Below, piece after piece: positions 48,946 through 64,000 of a DNA stretch of 64,000 nucleotides. Origin of the DNA: the human T2T-CHM13v2.0 reference genome, Homo sapiens; assembly GCF_009914755.1 (NCBI RefSeq), contig NC_060928.1. The stretch is one strand, 5' to 3'. The translations under genes and the position numbers were made by a program. The stretch's first letter is position 1, and the number at the start of each line of letters is the position of its first letter. The notes under the pieces were generated by a model that made no database searches, was not told the origin of the DNA, and was given only the letters and a program-made list of their open reading frames with translations.

Positions 48946-51900
48946 CGTGAAGATTTTTTCAAGACCTTGCTTACATCAACATTGCTACAACCCCACTGGT
49001 CTAAGCAAGTGACATAACCAAGTGTCAGCATGAGAGGGCACTACCGAAAAGCATGGATACAGGAAGACATAAGAGATTGGATTACAATCAATATGCATTC
49101 CCTTATTTATCACTATTATTTTCATTTAATTCTGCAAATAAATTACCAGTAAGTTCCATAATGACCTTCTTCCACATCTACTTACTTTTAGGTCATGTCA
49201 GTCAGAACAAAACAACCTAAGAATGACAGAAAGCATGCTGTTCATTCTATTCAACTCCCAACTTCTTAAATATATGTACCATAAGTTAAGCAACAGTTGT
49301 TAATGTGCTGCCTCTACTAGCAGAAAATAATTTTATAAACATTTAAGTTATGGCTACTTTATTTCATTTTATCATATGCCTCAAACATAAAATTAATATA
49401 TTTCAATACTAGTTTGATTTTTTAATCCAATTCAATGACTCAAAATAAAGCTATGGAAGGTCATTCTATCAAAGTTTAAAATCTGACAATAGTGTAAAAA
49501 GTATAACAATTTTAGTTGAAAATGTTGACATTGAAGATAGGTTACTTATTTTTTCAGTGATAACACACAAAAAATTTTTGCTGAACATAATTACACTAAA
49601 AACAGTATTCTTATCACAATAAGAAATGTATGGAGTAGAAATGGACTCTGAATTTGTTGTGGTGCAAATATAATTCACATTGGGTCCAAATAAATTGCAA
49701 TATTCTACAAATCAAAATAGAAGATAAAGGTGACAAGATTTATAAATATTTTTATAATTAGAATCACTTTATTACAAAATTTTGGAGACAAAGCTGATAT
49801 TGAATTAAAAAAATGAAAATACTTTAACATAGCAATCGGCATATTTTCTTGGCATTTCTCATACTTACTATTGAAAAATAACTTTTTATACATAAGTCCT
49901 CTAAACTTTGGGTGCTTTTTTTTTGCAAAATTACTTGGAAATGTTTAATCATAGTATTTCACAAATGGAGCATCCCAGTATTCAGCTCTTGAAACTTTTA
50001 AGGAATAGCTATTATTATTAACAAAACTTGCAACTTGAAGCCCACAAGAATGTGCTGAAATGGACTAAAGCAAGAAATTAACTGAACAAATCAAATGAAA
50101 TAATGCATTCTCAAAGACAGGATAAGATTTGATTTTGAGATTCCATAATCATACTTTAGAATATCTTAATTTGTGAGAACAGTCTTTAGATAAAGTTCTG
50201 AATTGTATGATCTATTTATATTCTATGTGGCACCTGGTGTAATTTCTAATTTCCAAATATTTATATTCTGTGCAGGATTGAAATATGATTTTAAAGGCCT
50301 ATAATTTTTCTGCATCTAAATTTGGCAAACCATTAAAAAAGCCATAAATTTAGGCAATCTATTTGGCAAGTGTGGTATTATGAAGTTATTTCTTGGATAA
50401 TGGAACACTAAATGAAGGGGGGGAAAGCTCAGTGTCTGTGAAAAACCTTGGACTCAAATACTTTTACATTACAATGCAAAAATACATTAGAATTAAAAAT
50501 ATTTTCAATTAATAAAAAGAATATTTTCCATTTAGCAAAATTTGTTCTTAGCAGATACCTAAGCCCCTTTTGAGAACATTTTTCAAATAAAAATATTGTT
50601 ATATATATTAAATGTGTCAATATTTCAAATTTATTAACCATAACAAGCAATTTTGAAGATTCCCAGAAGTTTCATTAAAACTTAAGAATAATAAATTCAT
50701 ATTAAAAAGCTGACTTCAGAAAAATATCAGAAATTTCAGCAGATTAATATACATGAGATGTACCACAGTAATTATTCTTCTCATTAAAAAAAATTAGGCA
50801 ATTCATATAAGTTATAAAATATTAACTATTTTTATTTTCATTTTCAAAAATGTTTGTTTAAAACAATTTCTAATAACATTATTTTTACGACCATCAATAT
50901 AATATATTTTAGCATGTACTTTCATTGACAAAATATTCCCTTTTAGATATAAGTGATATGCTCCCCTGCTGCTCAAGGGCACTGTGCTTCTGGTTGAAGA
51001 GGCTTTTACATGTCACTCCCCCAAGAAAAAGAGTTAGAACTAAGGACTGCTCTTCCGGGGTTACTGCTACATTCCTACCTTTGGCCATTTCATGGCAATA
51101 AAATTTAAAGTATTATTTATGTTTAGTTATTTTATCTTAACAAGATTCTTCTTATAAATCTACATGGCAACTTGGATGAGCATCAGTGTCTGGATGATGT
51201 TGGAGTTAGCTAAGGAGTGAAAGAGTTTATTGAGTATATTATGTTAACTTTATTTATGCCAGAAGCCCAACAGTGACACAGTGACTCTCAAAGTAGCCTT
51301 GTAGTAAAGAACATGCTATGTATAAAATTAATGACCTAAAGACATTAAGATGGCTCCTTTGGCTCACAGGTTGGTGCTTTCTTGAGACCTGTAAAATTGA
51401 TGAGATTCATTAAGTGACCCACAGGAATTAGAAATGATTCCTACATGCAGGACATATAATTACGATAGAAATAAACTTCATTGCCCAGCCCATGGGCCTA
51501 CTTTTCCTTCCTTAAAGCCTACCCCAGCACAGTGTCTCTGACTTTATGATTGTCCTCCACTAGTCTGACAACTGATGCAGCACTGCCAACTATGCATGAC
51601 TCCTAACATCTCTTGCCTCTGGAAAATATATTTTAGCTATTTTGTAGGCCCCTGGACTTCTTTCCTTTGTTACTGCTCTGTCCCTCTTTGTCTATTCTTT
51701 ATCTTTTCTTGTTTTACTTCCCATACTCAATCACTATCCAGGCTGACATTTATAAATTGTATTCTACCTTTGCAGCAGTTTATTTGTATCATAATTATGA
51801 TATACTTGTCATCTATTATGTTTTATCACATTTTTATCTATCCTCAAAGTTGTGCTACTTAATGGCTGAAATCCTGAAGGACTTAGCTCTGTATCCCCTA

Positions 51901-53726
51901 CATGTTTGTTGCATGAAATTATATTCACTAATGCCAAATGTTTATTTCCAAAGCTTTAAATATGTTAGAAAAGGGGCACTGGATAAAATAAAGGACACAA
52001 GTTTAAATAATCTAAGCTAGCGTATATTAATTTAATGCTGTGTTACTCAAGATGCCAAGATTTTATCTCTAGCTAAGATATTTTTCCCAAAGGTCCTAAC
52101 ATACTGTATTGTATACAACTGTATAAGTATACATATTTATATATACAACTGAACACCTCTAATTGGATGTCTTAGAAATATCTTAAAATTAGTATGCCCC
52201 AAACTGATTTCTCTTTAACCTTAAATCGCCCTCCTCCAATCTATTGTTCAAATACCCATTTGTTCAAGTTGGGAAGTTATTTTTGTTTTCCTCATGTGAT
52301 TTCCCCATATCCAATCCGTGATTTCCCCATATCCAAGGCCTATTTGTACCTCCAGTGTATATTTTCAAATTGAACCACTTCACTCTAATTCTATTTCCAT
52401 CACCATGTGTTACACTAGAAACTGCCCCTTATATAGTCTCTGCATTAAACCTCGCTTTCCTCCAATCCATACCTCATCATCCTCATAAAATCTCATCTAA
52501 ATTAGACTATCCCTGCACATTATTTTGTGTTTGAAAATCCTGCTTGTTGTATTTAAAGCACTGTTATGTCCTAAGTAACACAACATGAATAAAATAACTA
52601 ATAGAATTCACCTCATAAAGTTGTTAGGAGAATTAAGTTAGCTTAATTAAAAAAAAAAAAAAAAGCATCCTACTACTTGACTGTAAGCCCCATAAGGGCA
52701 GGGACCATATCTGTATTGCTCACTTTTGCATTGAGAGCATAGTACAGTGTCTGGCATATAGTTAGCCTTAAATAAATAATTGTTACACAAGTAAACTAAT
52801 TGATGATTGATGTACTCCTAACACCAGAGGAGAGTGAATATATAGTCCTTAGATTTCTATGAACATGACTCAAATAGGCTTTAACTAGTTTTCATACTTT
52901 AAAATTCTGAAAAAATGTGTATTTTAATTCCATATACATGGAATTAAATATGTATATAATTAGGATATGTTTGTTTTAATATGAAATCTCATTTCCCCAT
53001 AACACTTCATCTTCTCCTAAAATTTGGATTTCAGGAAGGCTTGCCATGTTTCTCCTGTGGCTTTGACTACTCCTGGCACATTGTACCTGCAACTTCCCTG
53101 CCTGGCCCTCACCCTGAGGCACAAAGACTCCAGTTTGAAAAGTGTGAGATTAACAAATAGATTTTGTTCTCTTTACCAAAATTTTATTATATAGCTTATT
53201 CTATATAATGACAAGGTAACTGCATTTTCTTCCACCAGTAAATGTTTTCCAAATATCAAATAATTTGCTGCATTCATTTTAGCAGAGATCAACTAAACTT
53301 ACCCTCACATTGATCACTATCAATGTGAAACTTAGGGAAGCCTACAATGTAAAGACTAGATATAATTGTTGACTCTAGGTTTTAAAAAACTATATGTAGG
53401 GATTTTTTATTTTATTGTAGTGTTACTCAAATAATTTTAGGCACTGGGATTAGATTTCTTTCAGTAAGTTTTATTATATATATAGCACAGGCTGTCATTA
53501 GCTTAGACTGGAAAAACCATGGGTTTCTAAGTTTTATGCATCCAATAGTCCTATAAGATAGGCACTCTTGTTGTTCAAGTGCCAAAATCAAGACTTAATA
53601 ATAATGAATAATTTTTTTAGTTATAAGCACTTTTGCTCCCAACTCATTTGTTTCTAAAGTTCTTAAGGCTTTACATACATGAGTAACTTGATTCTCACTA
53701 AAACCATATGAAGTAAGTATTACTAT

Positions 53727-54102
53727 TGATATGGTTTGGCTGTGTCCCCGCCAAATCTCATCTTGAATTGTAGTTCCCATAATCCCCACGTGTCCTGAGA
53801 GGGACCAGATGGAGGTAATTTAATCATGGGCCGGTTTCCCCATCCTGTTCTCATGATAGTGAGTTAGTTCTTATGAGATCTGATGGTTTTATAAGGGGCT
53901 TCCCCCTTTGCTGGTCTCTCATTCTTCTCCTTTCTGCCACCATGTGAAGAAGGACGTGTTTGCTTCCCCTTCTGCCATGATTGTAATTTTCCTGAAGGCC
54001 TCCCCAGCCATCCTGAGCTGTGAGCCAATTAAATCTCTTTTCTTTATAAGTTACCAAGTCTTGGGTATGACTTTTTTAACAGCATGAGAATGGATTAATA
54101 CA
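53727..54102 (+). mobile_element. THE1C/D-like MaLR solo LTR
   Basis: TGATATGGTTTGGCTGTGTCCCC...GAGAATGGATTAATACA, 376 bp; 5-bp TSD ACTAT/ATTAT. Confidence 0.92.
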
Positions 54103-57100
54103 ATTATAATCTTGTTGTAGTCCTTTTTACTATGTTTGCTATTTTTCCATAAGTTTGAAATTATTTAGAAATAAGAAGTAAATTTTTTATTATAAATATA
54201 TAGGAGCACAACACATATTGGAAAAATTAAGATATAACTGACATCACTTGCTGTGATGCATGACAACTATTAATTTTCCCTTGGTTTTCTAAGGTTATTA
54301 GAATTTTCAACATTTTAAACTTTCCTTATTATTAAAGCAAAAACTAAATATTTGCAAGCTATTCCACTAAGACGGCAGTATAATTCTCATTATAATGAAT
54401 AGTGTAAACAAGAAAATTCCTATATGCCTTTCTGATTCTAATTTTACAGTTAATTTGTTCATTTATTCACTTGGTCAACAAAGAGTTAAATAATATTTAT
54501 TTAGATAATTGAAAGAGTTGATGATAGAAAAATAATTTCATGTTAATAACTAGAAGTTAGACTTACTTTCTGGACAGATGTTAGCATTAACTTGCTGTAT
54601 TTTTACAGACATTTGGCAAACCAGTAGAGATAAGGAAACTGAGTCCCATGGTGGTTAAATAATGTGCTCACAAAACAATTAGTTTATGGTAGAATTTTCT
54701 CTTATTGAAACTTTACATAAGCATCTTTGTGCTTGTAAAAGAAACAAAAATTGAGCTTCCAGAAAATACTAAAAGCCAAAAGCATATAAAAGTCACAAAA
54801 TTATTTTTGATAAGACCAATGTGTTTGAGAAACGTAGTAAAACCAGATAAAAGGCTAACAAATTCTGCAATTGTTAGCTGGTTTTTGTTTGTTTTAAATA
54901 AACATGAAGATTGTCAAGACAAGGTTTGGTCCATATAGTAGTCTTCTCACATAACCTATTAATATTTCTCTAAGTATTTTAAACCAAGATTGAAGTTGGC
55001 ACTTTGAGACTACATATTGGGATTTCTTTGCACAATTACCTAAAAAGTATCACACCAATCAAATACGAGTATTGATTTTACTCCTAAATGCACGTCCTGC
55101 TCTTGTACTCTCTACCTTTTTCCTGTTGGTTGGTGTCATTAGCAGCCAGTTTACTGACCCCAAATGGATTTCCTGACCAGCTGGTTTTAACAGCCCTCCC
55201 CAATGCATCCTGCTTTTGTGGTTTTGTGTGTGCTCAGTTTGGGAACATGAGGCAGCAAACATTAATAAGCTCAAAAATAGAAAAGAGATTTATCTATGCA
55301 CTCTTTTGTGATGCAGCTTAAGTTTGGAGATAGGTCAGAATCTGCAAGACTCACTTTAAAAATTACAAAAATTCTCTTCTCACCAATATTCTTTCTGGGC
55401 TATTGGCAAAAATGAAAACGTGTGTATGAATGTGTGCACATGCGTAGATTCAATGACTGCTGCATATGTGAAACCATTTCAATACTTAAGTTTTGTGTCC
55501 TCTGGGATTACAAAAATAATATCTCTTTTTCTTTTGACTAAGTGCTACAGGGAAATGAAATTCTATTGTAGCATTTCTTTTTAATTTGAGCTGATACTCA
55601 CTTTTGACAATCAAGTTCATTTCAAGTTGTTGTGAGCTATCTCTTCATTTATTCAACAACAATTTACTGATCTTCTGGAATGTCTCCTTTTTTACTTATT
55701 GGACATTTTTATTTAGATAATATAAAAAACTTCATATGAGGTTAAATTTAAATGCTAATAAACCATGTCATGTGTTATAGTCCAGCAAAAACTTGCTGAT
55801 CAAGCAAAGTAGAAGTTTCTTGTACTCAAAGAACTATACCATATTGAGGAATATAAGATAGATTCAAACTAAACAAATAATTAGGTCAAAAGGAGAAAAT
55901 ACTAGATGCTAATGGAAAGGTCTTATTTTAAGGAAATATAGAGAATGACAAAGAGAATAATTGCTAGATAAATGTTCTTGAGGTGACCAAATGAAATGTG
56001 GTCTAATCGCAAGAGCAAGATTGGCTTACATACGATAAAATACTTTGTGCATAGCATCAGCAGGGAAAGTAGATTAAAGGGATTCAGATGTTAGTCCATG
56101 GTAAATGTGGTGGGAGCCAAGAGCTTATGGATATTCATTTCTGATAGACTTTAGTTTTGCTGTGAAATGGGAAGCAAGATTTTCAGATAAGACACAGGAT
56201 GGGGAAGAAGATGTTGGGGTTTTGAGGAAGAGGTGAAGGAATGAAATTGTCACTTAGGGCAGTAGGAATGTAAATGGGCTGGAGATCCTGAACAGTGATA
56301 AAGGCTCAGTCATTCCTGTTGGTATTAAATTTAGAAGAGACCATACAATCTGAATGTTTTTCTCCAGGCTTGTTCACAGATTCTAGTGCTGAGGAGCTGG
56401 ACTGAACAAGTATTTTAATTTTGCCAAGAAGAAAGAGGGGAAGATAGTGAAAGCTTATAAATGGGATAGATCATAATATAAGGCACAAGATCTAAGCAGT
56501 ATAAGGAGGGAAATGAGTACATGAGGGTAGTCAGGGACAGATAAATTATGGCAGATTGTAGGTGGTTGGAGAATTACTGAAAATAAGTGCTAGTATCAAA
56601 TCAAATGTTTCACTTTTTCTAGAAACAAAAAATTTCAAGGAATTGAGATGGTTAACTTACTTTCATTTTGATAGATGAAAAACACGCACAAACAAGACCT
56701 AGTGGGTGTTTTTGCCTGTTTTGTTTTTATTATCTAGCTAACAGGCATACAGACAGTTTAAGTGTTTAAGAGGAGTACAGAAAATAATAAACATGAAGAA
56801 TTATTACTGCAGAATGTGGGATTGAACTTGAGGATTTAATAAAACCCAAACTGTATTTCGAGATTAATCTATCAGTTCTGAAAAGCACAGTTAGGAATGG
56901 ACCTACTTAGCTAGGGATTTATCCTAGCATCTGGACTAATTGCTGTACTTTTACAACAAGAATTATAATTCTCCCCCAGTTTTTATCATAGACTATAGCT
57001 TTATTACAGTTTCAAGGTAGAAAATAAAAAGAAAAAAAGAGGCTTCACAACTCTATGATTGAATTACTGGCAGCATGTTGTGCCAAGAATGCAATTAGTC

Positions 57101-57466
57101 AATTGTTTCAGCATAAATCCTGTTTGTAGGCCAGTAAGTAATGTAAAATGTTAACATTAAAAAGTGTTCTTCTTTACACTAAATATTTTAAAATAATGTT
57201 ATTTACGAGACGATGCAAATAGCATTTTATATGGATGAGCTAACATGGACTATCAAAATGCTACATTTACATTATGAAATAGGACTCTGAAACACTGAGA
57301 AAACACAGCCAAAATGCTTGATAAAAGCCACGAAATAAATTGAAATGTACCAGATCAGAAAAGATTATCAAATATGAACCTAAAGGAATACAAAACTGGA
57401 ACTTAACTCCAAGGGTTATCTCATCTCCTTTCTGCTTCTAGTCAGTAGACGATACACTGCTGGTCC

Positions 57467-57674
57467 TAGTCCATAAAGTCTAAATGAGTTAATAAAGATC
57501 TCAATGAGTTAATAACTTACTTATTTAACTATTCATACATATATGAAACTTGGATATAATTCTTAGTTCATAAAGGTCTCAATGAGTTAATAACCTAGTT
57601 CATAAAGGTCTCGATGAGTTAATAACCTAATTATTTAATCATTGATACATGTATGAAACTTGGATATAAATCTT
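57467..57674. repeat. Complex local tandem duplication
   Basis: Four copies of ATGAGTTAATAA, a 32-bp tandem unit and a ~73-bp duplicated block. Confidence 0.85.
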
Positions 57675-58015
57675 CTGTAACTTTATTACTGATGTATGTT
57701 GAGTTAAAATATTGAGTAGTAGAGTAGTTATTCCTCTAATGATTTTATGTTGCCCTTTATCGACTGTTGAAAAGAAAACTCAAACTGAACACATTTTTTT
57801 GTATTGGGAAATGCATATAACCAAATATATTTACCTTATTGAGGAATAACAGGTCATGTGCCTTTGAAACTATACATTGACTATGTTAGTCATAAAAATG
57901 CATTTTTAAGGCTAAGTCCAACTGATTTTTGTCATGAAGTCAACAAAAATTTACCTCTAATATTTTCTGATCTTAAGTTCTATTCCAATTCCTTTAACTT
58001 ATAAATAATATAAGA

Positions 58016-58499
58016 CAAGGGTCCCCAACCGGGCCACACAGTAGGAGGTGAGCTGTGGGTGAGCAAGCAAAGCTTCAACTGTATTTACAGCCACTCACCA
58101 TGACTCACATTACAACCTGAGCTCTGTCCCCTGTGAAATCATCGTCAGCATTAGATTCTCATAGGAGCGTGCACCCTATTGTGAACTGCGCATATGAGGG
58201 ATCTAGGTTGAACACTCCTTGTGAGGATCTAATATCTGATGATCTGTCACTGTCTCCTATAACCTCAGATGGGACCATCTAGCTGCAGGAAAACAAGTTC
58301 AGGGCTCCCACTGATTCTACATTATGATGAGTTGTATTATTATGTCATTATATATTACAATGTAATAATGATAGAAATAAAGTGCACAATAAATGTAATG
58401 TGCTTGAATCATCCCCAAACCACCCCTCAAGCCCCAGGCCCATGGAAAAACTGTCTTCCACGAAATCGGTCCCTGGTGCCAAAAAGGTTGGAGACCACT
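58016..58499 (+). mobile_element. MER1A-like hAT-Charlie element
   Basis: TIRs CAAGGGTCCCCAACC...GGTTGGAGACCACT; internal GCATTAGATTCTCATAGGAGC and AATAAATGTAATGTGCTTGAATCATCCC. Confidence 0.9.
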
Positions 58500-60257
58500 C
58501 AAATTTGACAATTCTAAACATGTATATGACATTATCAGTAATGAATTGTGAAGCTGAAAAAAATATTTTCCAAACTATCAATAACAAAAGATATGTTTAA
58601 ACTGATCATAGTATGGAAGATACTGAATTTCTGTTTTCTCTACAGATAATGATATTACAAAATCATCTTCATGTGGAGACATATTAAAAGAGTATGCAGC
58701 CAAAAGTATATAGTAAAAAGGGTATTATATCAGAGAGCTGAAAAATAAAGTATTATCTTTTTAGATTTTATGATTCTGTGGTATTTATCAGCTTTTTTAC
58801 AATTTGTGATTTGTTGTAATGTATTTATTCTAAGTAAATAATTCACTTTCATTCTTAATTTTGTATTTGTGATTTTTCTTAAAGAGGGAGCTCCAAAATT
58901 TTATAAGCTTAATGTGCAATCATAATACAAATTTTCCTGTCTGCAACATAAAAATTTTTAATGCCTACAGCCAAAACAGTTTACAGGGTATGACCAAGAG
59001 CTAGAACTAAACTACTTGACCTTTCTCAAATAAATGTGTCTACAGTTTTATGTTTAGAAGAGAATTTGAACTCTAAAAAACTCTTTTTGTGGGTATTAAC
59101 ACGTATGAATCTATCACACTTAGCCAGAACTTTTGGCTCAGATTTTGGGTGTTGAGCCAGACATCTTGCTGGTGGCTCCAACTGAGATTAAGTCAGTCCT
59201 TACTGACCATGTGGTAAATAAGTTGAGGAGATAACCCATTCCAAATCTGAACATCAAAGTACCTCAGACACATCGTGGCTAGAGATTCTTTGCTTAAAAG
59301 CATTGGTAGTCCATAAATAATGATTCTCGGGTAACAAAAAAATATGTAATCTTAGAATGGGATGAAAATTTAAGATTTCATTTAATCCAACATTCTACCA
59401 AATGAAGAAATTCTATGTAAAGTACAATATTCCTAAGAAATGTTCATCTGGCCATCTTTTGCATGCAAACTATCAGTCACCAACTGCTTACACCTTCACA
59501 AGGAAGCCAACCCATGATGAATAGCTTTCACTCTGATAAAATTATTTTCTTACATTGAGCCAAAATCTAAGTCCTATTAATTCTGTGAATGTGCTCTGGA
59601 GTCAAGCTGAGTAAGTCTACACATTTATTGACACTTGTGACTTCAAATATTTGAAGATATCTTTCATCTCCCTGAAGAGCCAATCTCTCTACAAATTAAG
59701 TATCTGTAGCTCTAATTTCATTAACCATTCCCTTCCTATGTATATTTTCAAGGAAACTAGAAGTGTGATAACTACATTATATATTTATAGACCACTAATC
59801 TAGCCAGCCAGACAAATTGAAAATTTCTCTGAAAAATTGAAAATATCTAACTCAAACTCCATTAATAGCAATTAATAATCAGATTTTGCAAAACTGCATT
59901 AAAGTCTCCACCCCTGCCCTCTATTTCATTATCATATTGCCACACACCACACATACTTTTTCCAGTTTGTTACTTGTATTTGATGTGTAAGCTGATAACA
60001 ACATTCAGTTATTTCAAAATTTCCAAATCATAAGAAGTTAGGAAAATGAAAAAATATTACTTTTAGTGGTAATAATTACATATTATCTTTGTCATTCAAA
60101 TTAAAGTAAAATTGGGGGGAGGAGCCAAGATGGCCGAATAGGAACAGCTCCAGTCTACAGCTCCCAGCGTGAGCGACACAGAAGACAGTGATTTCTGCAT
60201 TTCCATCTGAGGTACCAGGTTCATCTCACTAGGGAGTGCCAAGACGGTGGGCGCAGG

Positions 60258-60566
60258 TCAGTGGGTGCACGCACCATGCACGAGCCGAAGCAGGGCGAGG
60301 CATTGCCTCACTCGGGAAGTGCAAGGGGTCAGGGAGTTCCCTTTCCTAGTCAAAGAAAGGGGTGACGGATGGCACCTGGAAAATCGGGTCACTCCCACCT
60401 GAATACTGCGCTTTTCCGACGGGCTTAAAAAACGGCGCACCACGAGATTATATCCCGCACGTGGCTCGGAGGGTCCTATGCCCAAGGAGTCTTGCTGATT
60501 CCTAGCACAGCAGTCTGAGATCAAACTGCAAGGCAGCAGCGAGGCTGGGGGAGGGGCGCCCGCCAT
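60258..60566 (-). CDS. LINE-1 ORF0 variant (102 aa, C-terminally extended)
   Basis: GCAATGG start; MAGAPPPASLLPCSLISDCCARNQQ...GVTRFSRCHPSPLSLTRK...GACTH*. Expression not shown. Confidence 0.65.
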   Translation of the reverse strand: MAGAPPPASLLPCSLISDCCARNQQDSLGIGPSEPRAGYNLVVRRFLSPSEKRSIQVGVTRFSRCHPSPLSLTRKGNSLTPCTSRVRQCLALLRLVHGACTH

Positions 60567-61022
60567 TGCCCAGGCTTGCTTAGGTAAACAAAGCACCCTA
60601 GAAGCTCCAACTGGGTGGAGCCCACCACAGCTCAAGGAGGCCTGCCTGCCTCTGGAGGCTCCACCTCTGGGGGCAGGGCACAGACAAACAAAAAGCCAGC
60701 AGTAACCTCTGCAGACTTAAATGTCCCTGTCTGACAGCTTTGAAGAGAGCAGTGGATCTCCCAGCATACAGCTGGAGATCTGAGAAGGGGCAGACTGCCT
60801 CCTCAAGTGGGTCCCTGACCCCTGACCCCCGAGCAGCCTAACTGGGAGGCACCGCCCCAGCAGGGGCACACTGAAACCTCACACGGCAGGGTACTCCAAC
60901 AGACCTTCAGCTGAGGGTCCTGTCTGTTAGAAGGAAAACTAACAAACAGAAAGGACATCCACACCAAAAACCCATCTGTACATCACCATCATCAAAGACC
61001 AAAAGTAGATAAAACCACAAAG

Positions 61023-62036
61023 ATGGGGAAAAAACAGAACAGAAAAACCGGAAACTCTAAAAAGCAGAGCGCCTCTCCTCCTCCAAAGGAACTCAGTTCC
61101 TCACCAGCAACGGAACAAAGCTGGATGGAGAATGACTTTGACGAGCTGAGAGAAGAAGGCTTCAGACGATCAAATTACTGAGCTATGGGAGGACATTCAA
61201 ACAAAAGGCAAAGAAGTTGAAAACTTTGAAAAAAATTTAGAAGAATGTATAACTAGAATAACTAATACAGAGAAGTGCTTAAAGGAGCTGATGGAGCTGA
61301 AAACCAAGGCTCGAGAACTACATGAAGAATGCAGAAGCCTCAGGAGCCGATACGATCAACTGGAAGAAAGGGTATCAGCAATGGAAGATGAAATGAATGA
61401 AATGAAGCAAGAAGGGAAGTTTAGAGAAAAAAGAATAAAAAGAAATGAACAAAGCTTCCAAGAAATATGGGACTATGTGAAAAGACCAAATCTACGTCTG
61501 ATTGGTGTACCTGAAAGTGATGGGGAGAATGGAACCAAGGTGGAAAACACTCTGCAGGATATTATCCAGGAGAACTTCCCCAGTCTAGCAAGGCAGGCCA
61601 ACGTTCACATTCAGGAAACACAGAGAATGCCACAAAGATACTCCTCGAGAAGAGCAACTCCAAAACACATAATTGTCAGATTCACCAAAGTTGAAATAAA
61701 GGAAAAAATGTTAAGGGCAGCCAGAGAGAAAGGTCGGGTTACCCACAAAGGGAAGCCCATCAGACTAACAGTGGATCTCTCAGCAGAAACCCTACAAGCC
61801 AGAAGAGAGTGGGGGCCAATATTCAACATTCTTAAAGAAAAGAATTTTCAACCCAGAACTTCATATCCAGCCAAACTAAGCTTCATAAGTGAAGGAGAAA
61901 TAAAATACTTTACAGACAAGCAAATGCTGAGAGATTTTGTCCCACCAGGCCTGCCCTAAAAGAGCTCCTGAAGGAAGCGCTAAACATGGAAAGGAACAAC
62001 CAGTACCAGCCACTGCAAAATCATGCCAAAATGTAA
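61023..62036 (+). pseudogene. L1 ORF1p, frameshifted
   Basis: 2-bp deletion near 61178 (AATTACTGAG vs AATTACTCTGAG) and 1-bp deletion near 61941; residual 222-aa ORF at 61291-61959. Confidence 0.9.
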
Positions 62037-62099
62037 AGACCACCGAGACTAGGAAGAAACTGCATCAACTAACGAGCAAAATCACCAGCTAACATCATA

Positions 62100-64000
<1,901 letters not shown>

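Noticed and set aside
49300-50000. AT-rich stretch resembling an ancient hAT transposase remnant
   Set aside because: No motif or termini that I could identify with confidence.
51575-52020. 95-aa and 117-aa + strand ORFs
   Set aside because: Composition typical of random AT-rich intron; no recognisable domain or splice support.
57467-57674. Repeat cluster as a CRISPR-like array
   Set aside because: Eukaryotic intron; irregular spacing, and the intervening sequences are themselves duplicated.

Overview
Primate, very probably human, genomic DNA from inside the MAPK10 (JNK3) gene, which is transcribed on the minus strand. Four constitutive kinase-domain exons (130, 59, 139 and 166 nt; 32801 down to 26499) are followed by two paralogous 72-nt exons (23971-24042 and 14654-14725). 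Both 72-nt exons end in a minor-spliceosome (U12) donor GTATCCTT but have U2-type acceptors, the layout of mutually exclusive exons. The rest is AT-rich intron with many repeats: two young L1PA2/3-like 5' ends in opposite orientation at the window edges (both with an open antisense ORF0), a full-length older L1PA carrying a nested Alu, L1M fragments, Alus, solo LTRs (LTR22-, LTR16-, THE1-, MLT1A-like), HSMAR2, MER1A and MER33. Best leads: (1) an intact beta-type JNK3 exon with U12/U2 incompatibility and YCAY motifs in its acceptor; (2) an L1 antisense-promoter ORF0 donor in frame with the 130-nt JNK3 exon; (3) an LTR16-like element with a TATA box and splice signals antisense to the gene. Gene and repeat names come from recognising the sequence, not from database searches. 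Nothing here can be shown to be a new system from sequence alone.
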